NCBI GenBank assembly: GCA_951406725.2
Contig: OX597817.1
Coordinates: forward strand, 163,494,001-163,558,000
Source of the DNA: Octopus vulgaris
Lineage: Eukaryota
DNA length: 64,000 nucleotides
Direction of reading: 5' to 3'
Shown: one piece after another, positions 28,111 to 42,952 of the stretch
How the letters are laid out: each line of letters starts with the position of its first letter
How positions within the stretch are numbered: position 1 is the stretch's first letter
Made by a program: the position numbers and the translations under genes
Notes under the pieces: model-generated
What the model saw: the letters and a program-made list of their open reading frames with translations, nothing else
Databases searched by the model: none
What the model was told of the DNA's origin: nothing

Positions 28111-28496
28111 TCTCTCTATATATAAAGGGCAGTTTGTCTGTGCGTGTTTCTGTGTGTCTGTTTGCTTGTACCTTCACCCTGACCACGGCTTTCAACCGAT
28201 TCTGATGAAACTTGACACACACATAGCCCAATGTCATAATTCAAAACTAACGCAGCGAAAATTTTGAAAAGTTCCCCCAGTCCTGAAAAAAATCGATAAA
28301 TTCGACATGGGGTCGAGAATCAAAAAAAACAAACCACAGACTGTCTAGGGGACGCAACTCAACCTTTTTTTACTCTCAAAAAAAATTTACCATCATTTTT
28401 TTTCCATTTTTTTGCTATTTTTTGGCTATAACTCTCTAAAAATGCTTTATAGTTATTTCCCTTACAAACCTGAGCAACGCCGGGCGATACTGCTAG
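28111..28496 (+). mobile_element. Non-autonomous Helitron
   Basis: A|TC 5' end (tctctctatatataaag), subterminal hairpin cctgagcaacgccggg, CTAG|T 3' end, no TSD. Confidence 0.85.
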
Positions 28497-29236
28497 TATA
28501 ATATAAAATCCGTTTTCACCATTCAATGTTAGGTTAACCAATAATAAATTTTGTTTAATCTTATCAAATTTCTTATTGCTTTTTAGTGTCGCAGGATTGT
28601 CGGTTGGATCATTTCCGATTAATTACTGGAACTATTTGTTGTTGTAGTAGTAGTAGTGTTGATTTTGTTTGCTACGGATTAGTCCAGGTCAAGGGGGCCT
28701 ATGTTCCAATGAATTCCAGCCGTGAACATTCCGACATTGTAATTTTTATGCTGTAGACTGTATTATCAAATGTATCGTACATTTTGTAAGACGACAGAAT
28801 GTAATTTGAGAGAGATTTGGTTACTATACATATCAGGTCGAGTGACCATGCAGAAGCTCGTTCATTGAGGTTGTTACTAATCGATTACTCACAAGAGCGA
28901 ACGAAACAGCATTAAATAGTGAATCCTACCTATTCTGTGATCATCAGGTTTCGTCGTTCCATCTAAATGTTGGAGCATCATTAATATCGATTCCTTTCTT
29001 TGGTTAAAGAAGGCGGTTATCGCCGATTGAATCGACTCTCAACATATTTTTAGTGCTTAATTTTTAAAATCAAAATCGAAAAGTTGAATGGCATAAAGAT
29101 GCTTGAACTCAAAAAACATAAGGAACAAGATAAATATTGAACCCTGCAAATTCACTATCCGCGGATCTGAAACGCATAGCAAACAGGATGGAGTAAGGCC
29201 ACAAGAGAACCACGATTAAGTTTCATAGATGGGGAT

Positions 29237-29540
29237 ATCGTGAATCCATTATATCAGAAGATCTTAAATCCCGGGCCGTAGACCAGTATCATGTTGTGTA
29301 TCATTTAGTACCGGGCTGCACAGAAAGAACACATTTAAAAATTATATTTCTATTTTGACTAGCGCAGTCTGTAGGATATATGTGTCATATGTGTAATAAT
29401 ATTTGTATTATATTCATAACGAGCAAAACGCACCCCACCCCGTCCAATGGACGGTACTGAGTTGTCAAACATTTAAACCAAATTTTCTCAAAACAACTTG
29501 TCCGACAAGTCCCACGGGCCTCCCCTTTGAGAAACACTGA
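29237..29540 (+). mobile_element. hAT-type MITE remnant; 29237-29360 is duplicated at 22356-22478
   Basis: About 120 bp near-identical block (gtaccgggctgcacagaaagaac). Ends tttgagaaacactg. Confidence 0.45.
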
Positions 29541-29599
29541 TTTAACCTAAATTTGAGACACCAGCAAAAGAAGAAATAAAGATAGACTTTTTTTTCTAT

Positions 29600-29792
29600 C
29601 CCAAAGAAAAACGATTTCCCGCGGCTTTATCGATCGCATTCTCACCTGGAATCGATTTTTGTAATTTTTTTCAAGACGCCCTGATACCGTCGGTATCTAC
29701 ATATCAAATTTGACCGCAATCGGATGGAGGATGCCCGAGATCCTAGAAGCCACACTCACACACAGACAGACAGAACGGATTTTATATGAGAT
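29600..29792 (-). mobile_element. Helitron-like 5' fragment
   Basis: Minus strand a|tctcatataaaatccgttctgtctgtctgtgtg...ccgattgcggtcaaatttg, with the same layout as 28111. Confidence 0.5.
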
Positions 29793-30948
29793 AATTAAAC
29801 TATTTAAAGCGTATTTTATTGCGTGTGTTTTGTAATACACGTGATATCTCGGTCTGTTGAAAATTGTATTGCATGAAACCGGTTTGTAGTGCTAGAAAAT
29901 TTGGGCACCGCTGCCCTTTGAGACCGGTATGTTAAGTGTTCTTTCAAGGTACGTGCCAATTAATGTTGGTCTGTCAGATCAATTCGATCTGGAAGGATTA
30001 CGGACCAATCCGTGAAGCTGGCGAAGCGCAAACATCAAGTGGATTTCGAAAGCAAATTTCGAGCTGTGAGTGTCACCATACAAAAAACAACAATAACGTC
30101 GTCTGTTTGTAACATGTTGCTACATGATCCTGAACAGTTTCAGATTGTGTTAATAGGTATTTTCTGATACAAAATTTAACAACAGCAATATCGAATCGAT
30201 TGGATCCCACAGCTGCAAATAAATACATAAATAAATAAATAAATAAAACAAATAATAATAAATAAAACACATTTAAGATGTCAAAGTATGTTTTCATTCC
30301 ATGTCTTTCTTAAACCATCAATCAATCGACAACGTCCTTCCTACCTAACCACTCGGATATTGATTTTATTGTAGTGCTCACTTTTTTCTCCTTTTTATCT
30401 CACAAACTGCAGATATATAACAACACTTACTATCATTGCTAGAAAGATTGTTTTAGTAGGGCATGTTCATTGATGTATATATTAATCAACTTAAGAGATT
30501 CTAAAGGCGGAAAGGAAATAAAAGCAAAGCAAACAAATATGAGAAAGACAAGAAGAAAGAAGCAAAACTACTGTACTACAAATAAACATTAATTAAATTA
30601 TTAAGGTTTATAAAAATTTATGCTAAAATAATCAATTTAAGAAGTCTAATTTCGGATAAAAATGCAATTTTTATCTCGCTTCACAACACGTAATGGATCT
30701 TATTTCTCGTTTTATTTATATATATTTATGAAACAATAGTAATAGGTTATAGGTTTCTGACATGCAAGCTACTGGTTCACAGTATTTTCTATGGTGAGAG
30801 TCACATGGGAATATCAGTGCAACTCAGATGAAATGAACACTACAATGTAGCACAATGTTTTTTCAACGCACCGATTTATCAGTAATTTCTCGACGATATG
30901 TACAACATACGCTGACATGTACGACTTGCACTAAACACATGAACATTA

Positions 30949-31119
<171 letters not shown>

Positions 31120-31339
31120 TTATTTATCTATCTGTCTATCTATCTATCTATCCATCCATCTATCTATCTTTCTATCTTTCTGTCTATCTATCTTTCACAC
31201 ACACATACACATACACGCACGCGCATGCACACGCACGTGCATGCACATATATATATACACACACACACACAAACACACACACATACACACGCACACACAT
31301 GTAGTCATGGGTATTCGACTTATTTTTGTTTTATGTAAT

Positions 31340-33488
31340 TTTTCGTGAGGCTTGAAGATACATGAGGGAAAGACTTGTAAGAAGAGGACAAACCACAGCG
31401 GATCGATAAATGCTACAGTAAAGGCCTCTTCCCGACAGGAAAATGCAGGTTATGAAACTGGTGCATCAGATAGTATTCGGAGAAAACCGAGGGTTCTGTA
31501 GCCTGCTGCTAATGAGAAAGGAAAATATAAAGAGTTTGAAACAAGGTATGTCGAGCTCTTTGTAAAATGGCATGATCTACATTGGAGAAACTGGGAAAGT
31601 TAACAAGCTCAATATACCATACAAGAAAGGAATTATTTGGAGTGAAAGATAGTATCCGATTAGCGAAAGGAAGTTGTGGACCAAGCAGGAGGATCAGGAA
31701 AATGAAACAGTTGAGGAAGGAAAAGACCAGCCTAAGAAAGAGATGGAAATGTGCTGCAGAAGACGAAAAACCTGGCCTCGCGCTGCTGTACTACATTTTG
31801 AAAATAAAACGTCGCTATGTGCAACGACATATCTGCCAATAGCAACGAAAGGAAAGTAAAAGGACTCAAGGGGCAATTCCTGAAGGACCCGTACGGGGTC
31901 ACTAAGAAGCTGTTCACTGAACCGAAGAAGAATTGGACACTCATATCAAAGATAAGCGCTGTAACTAACCACAGTCACTTCTAAATGGGCTAAAGCATTC
32001 CTTAGAATCTGGTATCGAATTTCAAACTGGAAACACCAGGAAGGAAGAGGTGAATAATTTAGTTAGAAAAAACTAGAGCAAAGAGTGCTCTAGGATGTGA
32101 TGGCGTCTCATATAAAGTATACACATGTTACAATCGTCTGTGAAAGAAGCTCTTTTTCTTACCCCGAGAGCTAAGACTATAAAACAGTTTAGACCGATAT
32201 CTTTATTGAATGTGGAAGGCAAGATCTTTATGAGAATTCTCTCAATGAGAATAGCGTCATATTTACAGAGTAATGGATATGTTAATGAATCTGTTCAAAA
32301 GACCAGAATTCTTGGGATTCCTGGACGTGTTTTTGCACTGTTTTTTCGATTTGGAAAGCAATCCATGATGCCAAACACAACAAGAAAATCTTGAATGTGG
32401 CTTGACCTAGCTAATGCATATGGCTCGAAATGAGGTTTATAGCTGTAGATTTTACAACAAATTGGCATTGCTGCTGGCTGCACGATATCTGTCACGTGGT
32501 TTATCTTAGTCATGGAGATGATTTTGAAAGTCGTGGATTTTTCGGAACAAATCGCCCATGTACAATCGCCTAAGAAAGCCTTCATGGACGACATGACACT
32601 TCTATTAGCAGACATGCAAACCATGCAGAGTGCCCTCTTGAGACTAGACTAGCTTGTAAGGTGGTCAAGGATGCGATTTAGAGCAAAAAAAAATCGCGTA
32701 GTCTGACATTTGTTTATGGGGTGCAGAAAGAAGTTAAGTTTCGAATAGCTGAAGAAAGCATTCCAACAGTCAAAGAAGAACCCGTCAAGTGCTTGGGGCG
32801 AGTATATACTAGAACACTGTTAGATAGGAGTTGTGGAATGGAAATTATGAAATAAGCTGAGGTTGGATTATCAGCGATTAATAATTCAAAGTTACCAGGT
32901 AAATATAAAATTTGGTGGATACAGTTCGGCTTGTATCCGCGACTTTCGTTGCCAATTTTAATATACGATGTAGTATTGTCACGAGTTCAAATCATGGAAC
33001 AAAAATGTAATGTGTTCATTAGAAAGTAGCTAGGCCTACCTCGGATATTGAACAGTTCAGCTCTTTATCGTAAAAGAGGCTCGTTGCAGTTACTACTGGC
33101 GTCAATAGACGAAATTTATAAACTGGGGAAGGTACGAACGGTGATGATGCCGAGAGAGTCGAAGGACATGGAAATCAGGCGGAATCCAACAGATGTGAAA
33201 ACAGCCAGGAAGAGGAAAGCAGAGGCAGAGACTGATGACATCCTGCCTTCTCTTATGGTGGCTGCAATGCAAATTCATCGGAAAGGATTTGGTTTTGGCG
33301 CAGATCGGTTCAGACCGTTTGCAAATACGATGCGGAGTGAACGTATATGTGTTATTAGCAAAACTAGGGAAGCAGAGAGAAGAGAGCTTCATTTGATCCG
33401 ATGCATTCAAGGACAGAAGACGAGATGGGAGGAATATGTTGAGAGGAAAATAAGTGCAGAAGTACTAGAGACTAAACTGGTTGACTGA
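31340..33488 (+). mobile_element. Decayed R2-group (Hero-like) non-LTR retrotransposon RT region
   Basis: Motifs across frames: IKQFRPISLLNVEGKIF, WLDLANAYGS, GIAAGCTISV, AFMDDMT, EEPVKCLGR, LPGKYKIW, SSALY. Many stops and frameshifts. Confidence 0.85.
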
Positions 33489-34869
33489 CTGCATTCAAAG
33501 ACATCAACATCACTTACATACATTTACCATTGGCTACTCAGTATACAGGGAAGAACTTAATAAAGTCAACAGTCACCCAATACTAAGGAGTGAGAGATCC
33601 GTAGTCTTTGATTAGATGAATTAAAATTCTGTTGTAATATCCGCAACTTTGTTTATATTCAAACATGTAGATTAGTTCTTCCTTTTGGGAAAATGCATAC
33701 ATCGCTTAGAGAACAGGATTGGTCTTGTGCAGGTCCTAGATGAGAAAAGGTGTTTATGTGAATGCGTTTATAGGTGTGTTTCGGTGTGTGTGTTTCTATG
33801 TGCGATTTCATGTGTATATATGTGTAGATATGCCCGTGCGTGTATTTAGGTAAGAATGAGCGGCTTCAAGAGCAGACAGAAAACGAGCAAATAATTGTTA
33901 ATGATCAGACCTAATATAATTGTAAATATAGAGAGACAGAGAAAGCAGCACAGCTGTAAGATGCAAGTCATTAGCGATCAAATTCTATCTATTCTAAATG
34001 CATAACAATAAAATGAATAAAAGTGAAACATTGTCTGGATAGAGAAGGACATTTAAACTCAGTGCAAAAATACTTAACTCTTAATAGCGATAGCAATACA
34101 TCTGAGGCTGTGTCTGGTTCTGTCAAACAGTTTATTTTAAAGAGTTCGCGTCCCACATCATATTTTATACATAAGAACTGTTTTTAAAGTTATGTTCCAA
34201 CCACTGGGTTAATAAAAAACGTTCGATATGTTACTACATCCATTCACATCCGAGATAATTTTCAATATCAGAATATTCTGTAGCAAATAGACGGTACATT
34301 TCATGAGAAGCAAGGTCTCAAAGCGACAGATATTTTTGTGCTGAAAAGTGTATTTCTAATTCCCAGGGGAAGACTCACTAACTACAGACGTTCAGAGATT
34401 TTTATATGAAATCATAAAAAGTTATACGTCTGTGATATCATACTGGGAAAAATACAAAAGTATCAGAAGTAGCCAAATATCCAATCACTATAATATATAC
34501 ACATTGTTATGATTTCATGTGTTATCATATAACAATGGGCCTAATTTATCGTTTATGTTTGCAATAGAGACATATAACTAAAAGAAGTCAACCACATATA
34601 TTTAGAACCGTGATATGACAGAAGAAATTAATGGTTTGCCTGTCAGAAATCAAAATTTCTTGAAAGCTTTGCTAATGATTGTTGGTATTAAATCCGTTGC
34701 TGCTGAGCACTCTAATATTTCCAAGCAAAAGTCTGTAATACTTATAAAGAAAGAGAGAAAAAGAAAACGGGTGATATGTATGGATGTATGTCTATATGAA
34801 TACACACACACACATACTTACACATGAACACACACGCACACACACACACATATGGATATATATATAATA

Positions 34870-35202
34870 TACTCTTTACTCTCTCTTACTCGTTTACTTG
34901 CTTCAGTCATTTGACTGTAGCCATGCTGGAGCACCGCCTTTAGTCGAGAGCAAATCGACTCCAGGAGTTATTCTTTGTAAGCCTAGTACTTATTCTATCT
35001 GTCTCTTTTGCCGAACCGATAAGTTATGGGGACGTAAACACACCAGCATTGGTTGTCAAACGATGTTGGGTGCACAAACACAGACACACAAACATATACA
35101 CATACATACATACACACACATATACATACATACATACATACATACATACATACATACATACATACATACATACATACATACATACATACATACATACATA
35201 CA

Positions 35203-35255
<53 letters not shown>

Positions 35256-35368
35256 CGGGCTTCTTTCAGTTTCCGCCTACCAAATTCACTCACAAGACTT
35301 TGGTCGGCCCGAGGCTATAGTAGAAGACACTTGCCCAATGTGCCATGCAGTTAGACTGAACTCTGAAC
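34870..35368 (-). mobile_element. SINE-B with long internal (ATAC)n, head interrupted
   Basis: Collinear with other SINE-B copies up to gactgaactctgaac, then abuts the ORF1 element's tail. Confidence 0.85.
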
Positions 35369-36815
35369 TATTTTATTTTATATCATTTTCCATAAAGGCA
35401 GTACAGAGATATGTAGCTTTGTGGGCTGGACAAGACATTAATGAGGCGAATGATAATAATACAAGATGATAAGGATGGGAGAAGACAGAAAGCGCCCGTC
35501 GACGCCCTGAAACATTGTTCGTTAAAAACATCATATATAGAGGTATTAAACCTCTTACAAATATATACAAAAATTTGGTCTAGAAGTTCATCACAAAGGA
35601 AACAAATTTTATACATATGGAGGCGATAAACCTCTTACATTACTCCCTCAATTAACTCTTTTGCAGCCTGCAGGTATTCCTGCAACCACCAATCGGAGCC
35701 CACCTCCCCCAAAAAAGTAATCTGTAGTCCTCCTTTGGGAAGGATCTCGACCTGTGGAAAAAATCTTTTTTTTCCAGTACCAGTGCAGCCACTTGCGAAG
35801 GCCACTCTGGACAGCCAATAAAAATCGGATCCATCAGAATCCGACTGTTTTTGCACATACTCCTCAATTGCCCCTCCCCTGCGATAGAGGAATACAAATT
35901 CCTCATCACTTTCATTGAGAGGGACCTCAACTACTTCGCTCAGTGGCACACATCCCACCGACAAGGTTTCCTTCTTCTCCCCCTTCGGTGGCACACATCC
36001 CATTCTTTTTTCCCCTTTGCGACGGGAGGATGGAGTTCCTCCGACATGTCCGGAGGTCCCTCCTCCCTTCCCACCACATCAGGGTCCATCAGTGGGTAAC
36101 TATTGTTGCCCACCTTCTTTCTCTTAGTACCAATTCTCGAGGCGATTACCTCCTCCTCGACTTTCTCCCACTCTCCTTCCAATGAAGGAGCAGGAGGCTC
36201 CGTTGGGGGAACAGGAGGATTACAGTCACCATCAATCAACTGTTCCAGGACCTTCGCCTGGATCCGGCACAGTTCTTCTTCATGTGCCCTGATTCCAGGC
36301 ACAGATGACACTGGGGGCGTCCATCAATGATCACCGGGTGCCTGGAACCGGCCATTGTCAAGAAATCTGGGAAAACCAGATCTTCGGCCGATTGGGCCCA
36401 TAGGGTCAAAATTGCTTTTCACCCAACCCAATCAATCGCAGGCAGTATTTTTACATTCAAGAGCCTGGCAGAGCCACCACCCAGGCCTCGACGGATAGAA
36501 TCTTCTACCCATTCAGCCTCTATACCGAGTGGCAGCCCACACACGCAGGCTCTTGTCAATTTATGCCCACCATAAGTGGGGGGAAGCAAAATCTTCCTCC
36601 CATCTATAGGTTGGCTCGCAAATTTCTGAGCCTCCGTAGGGGTGTCGAAAAGTACGCACACCTTTGCACACTTTGCACCCCTACCGATGAACCTATATGT
36701 TCACAAATCCCGCCAACTCTTCTTCAATTTCATCCTGAGAGAATACCGAGATGGTGTTGCGGACCTTGCAATAAGGTGGGGGTACCAGGCCTGAAGGAGG
36801 TCCTGACTGAAATCG
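35369..36815 (-). mobile_element. Decayed LINE ORF1/gag-like element (CCHC knuckle) with no ORF2
   Basis: Minus strand ...VLFDTPTEAQKFASQPI...HPVIIDGRPQCHLCLESGHMKKNC (CX2CX4HX4C at about 36269-36310). Stop at 35635, then about 260 nt ending in taaaataaaata. Confidence 0.7.
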
Positions 36816-37445
36816 CCCTTTTGAGTGAGCAGGTCTTGATCGACCTGTTCACCAAGTATAACACCGCCATCCCATCCAGTGTTGCAGTTGAGCGCCTATT
36901 CTCTATAGGCAAAGATATTTTGAGGGCCAAGAAATCAACACTATCAGATGGTAACTTTGAGAGGTTGATGTTTATGAAGGGCAAGCAGCCAGAGTAGTAC
37001 ACTTTGATCATCATCTGACCTTGGCACGATACCTATGCTATACTATGCCTTTTTGATTAATTTAATACTTTTTGTACAGTAGATAATGATGACTGAAAAA
37101 TAAATGTTTAATTTCAGTTGTTCGTTTAATTATTTGCGTAAACTTGATCATCATCTGATCTTGGGATGCTTACCATTTTGGAAAGCTCTATGTCTAAGCT
37201 ACAACATGAATATTTCAGCTTTCTAGGTCTTTTTTTAAGGGTTTTAGAGCCAAAAAAAAAAACAGAAACAAGCCGAAACTAAATTCATATGATAAAAGCT
37301 AGCGCTTATCATTCAGCGTTAGCTTCCGCAAATTTTTTTGTACCTGTTAGCGGTTTAGCGTTTGCGAAGCTAGCTTTTTTAATTAGTGGGTTAGCGACTA
37401 TCGAAGCCAACTTTTAGATTTTTAGGTTAGCTGTGTCCACCACTG
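36816..37445 (+). mobile_element. hAT transposon 3' end (dimerization domain + TIR)
   Basis: LFTKYNTAIPSSVAVERLFSIGKDILRAKKSTLSDGNFERLMF, stop at 36997. ttagc subterminal repeats and terminal gtccaccactg. Confidence 0.8.
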
Positions 37446-37446
37446 C

Positions 37447-37516
<70 letters not shown>

Positions 37517-37519
<3 letters not shown>

Positions 37520-37746
37520 CTTTACTGCCCACAAGGGGCTAAACATAGAGGGGACAAACAAGGACAGACAAAGGGATTAAGTCGATTACACCGACCTCAG
37601 TGCGAAACTGGTACTTTATTTATCGACCCCGAAAGGATGAAAGGCAAAGTCAACCTCGGCGGAATCTGAATTCAGAGCGTAACGACAGACGAAATACCGC
37701 TAAGCATTTTGCCCGGCGCGCTAACGTTTCTGCCAGCTCGCCGTCT
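37517..37746 (-). mobile_element. SINE-C (tail C1), full length, 3' end at (GATA)n
   Basis: Matches 57584-57795. Confidence 0.9.
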
Positions 37747-37784
37747 TACATATACATATATATACACACGTATATACAGGGTAA

Positions 37785-38926
<1,142 letters not shown>

Positions 38927-39584
38927 ATATATATATATATATATACATAAAAGCAAAGAAGAAGCAGTTAGTTATTCACACTCGAGAAAGTAATAGTTTG
39001 AGATGAATCATTTATATTTAAAATGAACCTAAGTAGTTTTATATACTTATTTCTAGAGACAAAAGCAAGATCTCTTAATTTGTGGAAGCTGCCTTATAAG
39101 ATACGTGGATAAATATGGGAGATTAACGTTATTGATAATCATATTGAGTTTGAAGATTCCGATGTCAGATTTGTTGCAGAAATACATTAAAACGAAAAGT
39201 ATTCCAGTAAATACAGTGGTAGAAGCTGTCAATACGACGGATGCATGCTTCCTGTTGGTTGATGGAGTAACAGACATTGAAACGAGAAATGAGAAGAGAG
39301 TGAAAAGTAAGAGGAATATGTAAGTAATATGGCTGCATTCTTCTTGGAGAGAAACATGGTAAATGAGGGAAATCCTGACGGAGAGAGAGAGAGAGAGGAG
39401 AAGAATAGTGAGAAAGGAGAAGAAAGAAAGAGGGAGTGAGAGTATTGGGCATGAGAATGGACTAAACATTGTTGAGCCCTATATAAAATATGGTTCTTTG
39501 GCAGCCATAGCTTGTCCGGATGTTAGGATGAGATCATCCGGTTGTATGAGTTGATAAGAAGTCAACTGTATACCAATACTGGAT

Positions 39585-39752
39585 ATTCTTTTCTACTCTA
39601 GGCACAAGGCCCGACATTTTTGGTGAGGAGACCAGTCGAAAGGATGAAAGGCAAAGTCGACTTTGGCAGAATTCGAACTCAGAGCGCAAGGACAGACGAA
39701 ATACTGCTAAGCATTTTGCCCGGCGTGCTAACGTTTCTGCCAGCTTGCCACC
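39585..39752 (-). mobile_element. SINE-C (tail C2) with internal deletion
   Basis: C2 tail and head match 55727-55941. Confidence 0.8.
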
Positions 39753-40130
39753 ACAACAAGACTAAATATTGAGCGCAACATAATAGTATTAGAACAGTAA
39801 TAAAATGAAAACAAGGATAATGCGCTATAGTTATCGATCACTATTCCGAATATTGTTTCAGAACTTCGCTAGCTGTCAAGTAGTGCTGAGTTCGAGCAGG
39901 CATTGTGAGTGAAGTATTTGCAATTTGTCAAGCAGAAACTATTATGTGGAAAAAACCCGTCGCACGTGCGTTCGTATGTATGTATGTATGTATGTATGTA
40001 TGTATGTATGTATGTATGTATGTATGTATGTATGTATGTATGTATGTATGCATGTATGCATGTATGCATGTATGTATGCATGTATGCATGTATGTATGTA
40101 TGTATGTACGTATGTACGTATGTATGTATG

Positions 40131-40172
<42 letters not shown>

Positions 40173-40186
40173 TATATATGAAGAGG

Positions 40187-40509
40187 GAAGGCGCGTGGCT
40201 TAGTGGTTAGGGCATTCGGCTCACGATTGTAAGGTCGTGAGTTCGATTCCCGGCGACGCGTTGAGTCCTTGAGCTAGACACTTTATTTCACGTTGTTCCA
40301 GTCCACTCAGCTGGCAAAAATGAGTTGTACCTGTATTTCAAAGGGTCAGCCTTGTCACACTTTGTGTCACGCTGAATCTCCCTGAGAACTACGTTATGGG
40401 TACGCGTGTCTGTGGAGTGCTCAGCCACTTGCACGTTAATTCAATGAGCAGGCTGTTCCGTTGATCGTATCAGCTGGGATCCCCGTCGTCGCAACCGACG
40501 GAGTGCTCC
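40187..40509 (+). mobile_element. SINE-A, H2 + T1
   Basis: Collinear with 9510-9830. Confidence 0.9.
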
Positions 40510-40632
40510 TTTATATATAATATATATATGGGATGGGTTTGTGTGAGTACGTATATGTTCATAGTTTTCACTGTTGTATATTAGTGAAAGATATATATGT
40601 TAATAAATGAAGAAATAAATATATAAATAAGT

Positions 40633-40846
40633 ATACTCTCTTTTACTCTTTTACTTGTTTCAGTCATTTGACTGCGGCCATGCTGGAGCACCACCTCCAG
40701 TCGAGCAAATCGACCCCGGGACTTATTCTTTGTAAGCCCAGTACTTATTCTATCGGTCTCTTTTGCCGAACCGCTAAGTGACGGGGACGTAAACACACCA
40801 GCACGGGTTGTCAAGCAATGCTAGGGGGACAAACACAGACACACAA

Positions 40847-40897
<51 letters not shown>

Positions 40898-41062
40898 CAT
40901 ATATACGACAGGCTTCTTTCAGTTTCCATCTACCAAATCCACTCACAAGGCATTGGTCGGCCCGGGGCTATAGTAGAAGACACCTGCCCAAGATGCCACG
41001 CAGTGGGACTGAACCCGGAACCATGTGGTTGGTTAGCAAGCTACTTACCACACAGCCACTCC
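40633..41062 (-). mobile_element. SINE-B, near full length
   Basis: (gagtaaaa)n tail, internal (AT)n, tRNA-like head. Confidence 0.9.
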
Positions 41063-41080
41063 TGATATTATTTGGCATTA

Positions 41081-41407
41081 AAAAAAGACTCCGCCGGTTA
41101 CGACGACGAGGGTCCCAGCTGATACGATCAACGGAACAGCTTGCTCGTGAAATTAACGTGCAAATGGCTGAGCATTCCACAGACACGTGTACCCTTAACG
41201 TAGTTCTCGGGGATAATCAGCGTGACACAGAGAGTGACAAGGCTGACCCTTTGAAATACAAGTACAACTAATTTTTGCCAGCTGAGTGGACTGGAGCAAC
41301 GTGAAATAAAGTGTCTTGCTCAAGAACACAACGCGTCGCCGGGAATCGAACTCACAACCTTACGATCATGAGCCGCATGCCCTAACCACTAAGCCACGCG
41401 CCCTCAC
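41081..41407 (-). mobile_element. SINE-A, H2 + T1
   Basis: 12-bp TSD tatttggcatta at 41069-41080 and 41408-41419. Confidence 0.9.
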
Positions 41408-42329
41408 TATTTGGCATTACTCTACACGTAGTTACACTGTCAAATTCCTCTTACTTTCGTCGGCGGAAATATGGTGAACCAGTGATTGGCATATCAAAAA
41501 TCAGAAACCAACGACGCTATAGTTCACCAACTGCGATATAGAATAAATATCCAATCTTAGTTTGGAACATTTGTTTTCACACCACATTTACATTCCAACG
41601 GAAACGAAATCTCTACGTCTCTGATGTTAATGGCCTTGGGAAATGCATCTGTTTAATATAATTCTCTCTGTTATGAAGTACGTCTGATGTGTCAAGTACA
41701 AAACAAGAAAAAACAAAAAAAAAAAAATAACACTCACACAACAGCAATGTTTTCGATCACTTCAAAAGAATAATGGCAGAACATTTACAAATTTTAATCT
41801 TTTAATGTCAATTTATAATAATAAAAAAAAAGTTCCTTGAGTAATACTTACAACACTTCCTTGTTCATCTGATAATAAATTAACCTTCTGACAATCTCTA
41901 TCGTTCATCTAATAAAGGCAGATAGAGATAAGATTTTAAGGTCAAAATATGCTGGTTTTGAATAAAAACGAGATAAACTAGATAACAGAGTTAATCATTG
42001 GCAAAAATCGAACAAACATGTATTCAGATATTAAATTCGATATTTTACATGAACCTTAATGGAAAAACAATAATTGTTACTACATTGTTAGTTGTATGTA
42101 TTATTGTTAGTAGTAAGAATTATTGTTAGTTGTAACAATGTAACATGATAGAAATGAATGATTAAAATTATCTAGCGGGCGCTGCTAAGTGAGATTAGAT
42201 AGCTTGGAAACGTATTTTTAAAAAAAATATATTTTCTCATCAGATCGCCATTTTTCTCCACAGTTTCTCGACTGATATATTGACAGAAACATTAACCGAT
42301 AGTGTTTTATTGCAGCTACAGATATATTG

Positions 42330-42952
42330 GTCTCAAATTTTGGCACAAGGCCAGCAATTTCGTGGGAGGGGACTATTCGATTACATCGACCTCGGTGTTC
42401 CATTGGTACTCATTTTACCGACCCCGAAAGTACGACAAGCGAAATTTGAACTCAGAACGTGAAGACGGACGAAATGCTTATAAGCATTTTGCCTGGTGTG
42501 CTTAACGATTCTGCCTGTTCGCCGCCTTATTACATCTGCAGATATATTATATATATTTTATATACTCATGAATGTATTCATAATTTAGAAACAAGTGCAC
42601 AGCTTCAATTCTGTATCTAGTTTTATTGACGATTTCTTTAATAGCAACTTTTGTCTCTCGAGCCCTAGGTTACACGAGGTTGGTTACCCGATTTCCATAG
42701 TGTATAAGTAAGCAACATCACAATGTTTACTCTGGACGGGACGCCGGTCCGTTGTAGAGTTCATGACCAGCAATTTTGAGGGGTGACGGCAAGGCGATTA
42801 CATCGACCCCTTACTTAACTGGTACTTTATTTTATCGAATCCAGTGAAATGAAAGGGAAATTTGGCCAAAAATGGAATTTGAACTCAGAACGTAAAATGA
42901 CGGAATAAATGCTACTGAGGATTTTGTCTGACGTGCAAACGATTCTACCAGT
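42330..42952 (-). mobile_element. Two diverged SINE-C copies (42330-42528, 42766-42952)
   Basis: tttgaactcagaacgt and cgattacatcgacc motifs. Confidence 0.7.

Noticed and set aside
28200-28215. ctgatgaaac as a hammerhead core
   Set aside because: No stem II between CUGAUGA and GAAA. It lies in a Helitron internal motif.
36563-36997. 144-aa ORF as a host gene
   Set aside because: It is a chance fusion of antisense ORF1 and a hAT C-terminus.
39105-39323. 72-aa ORF with FLLVDGVTDI
   Set aside because: Weakly resembles a hAT transposase segment, but it is too short and degenerate to call.
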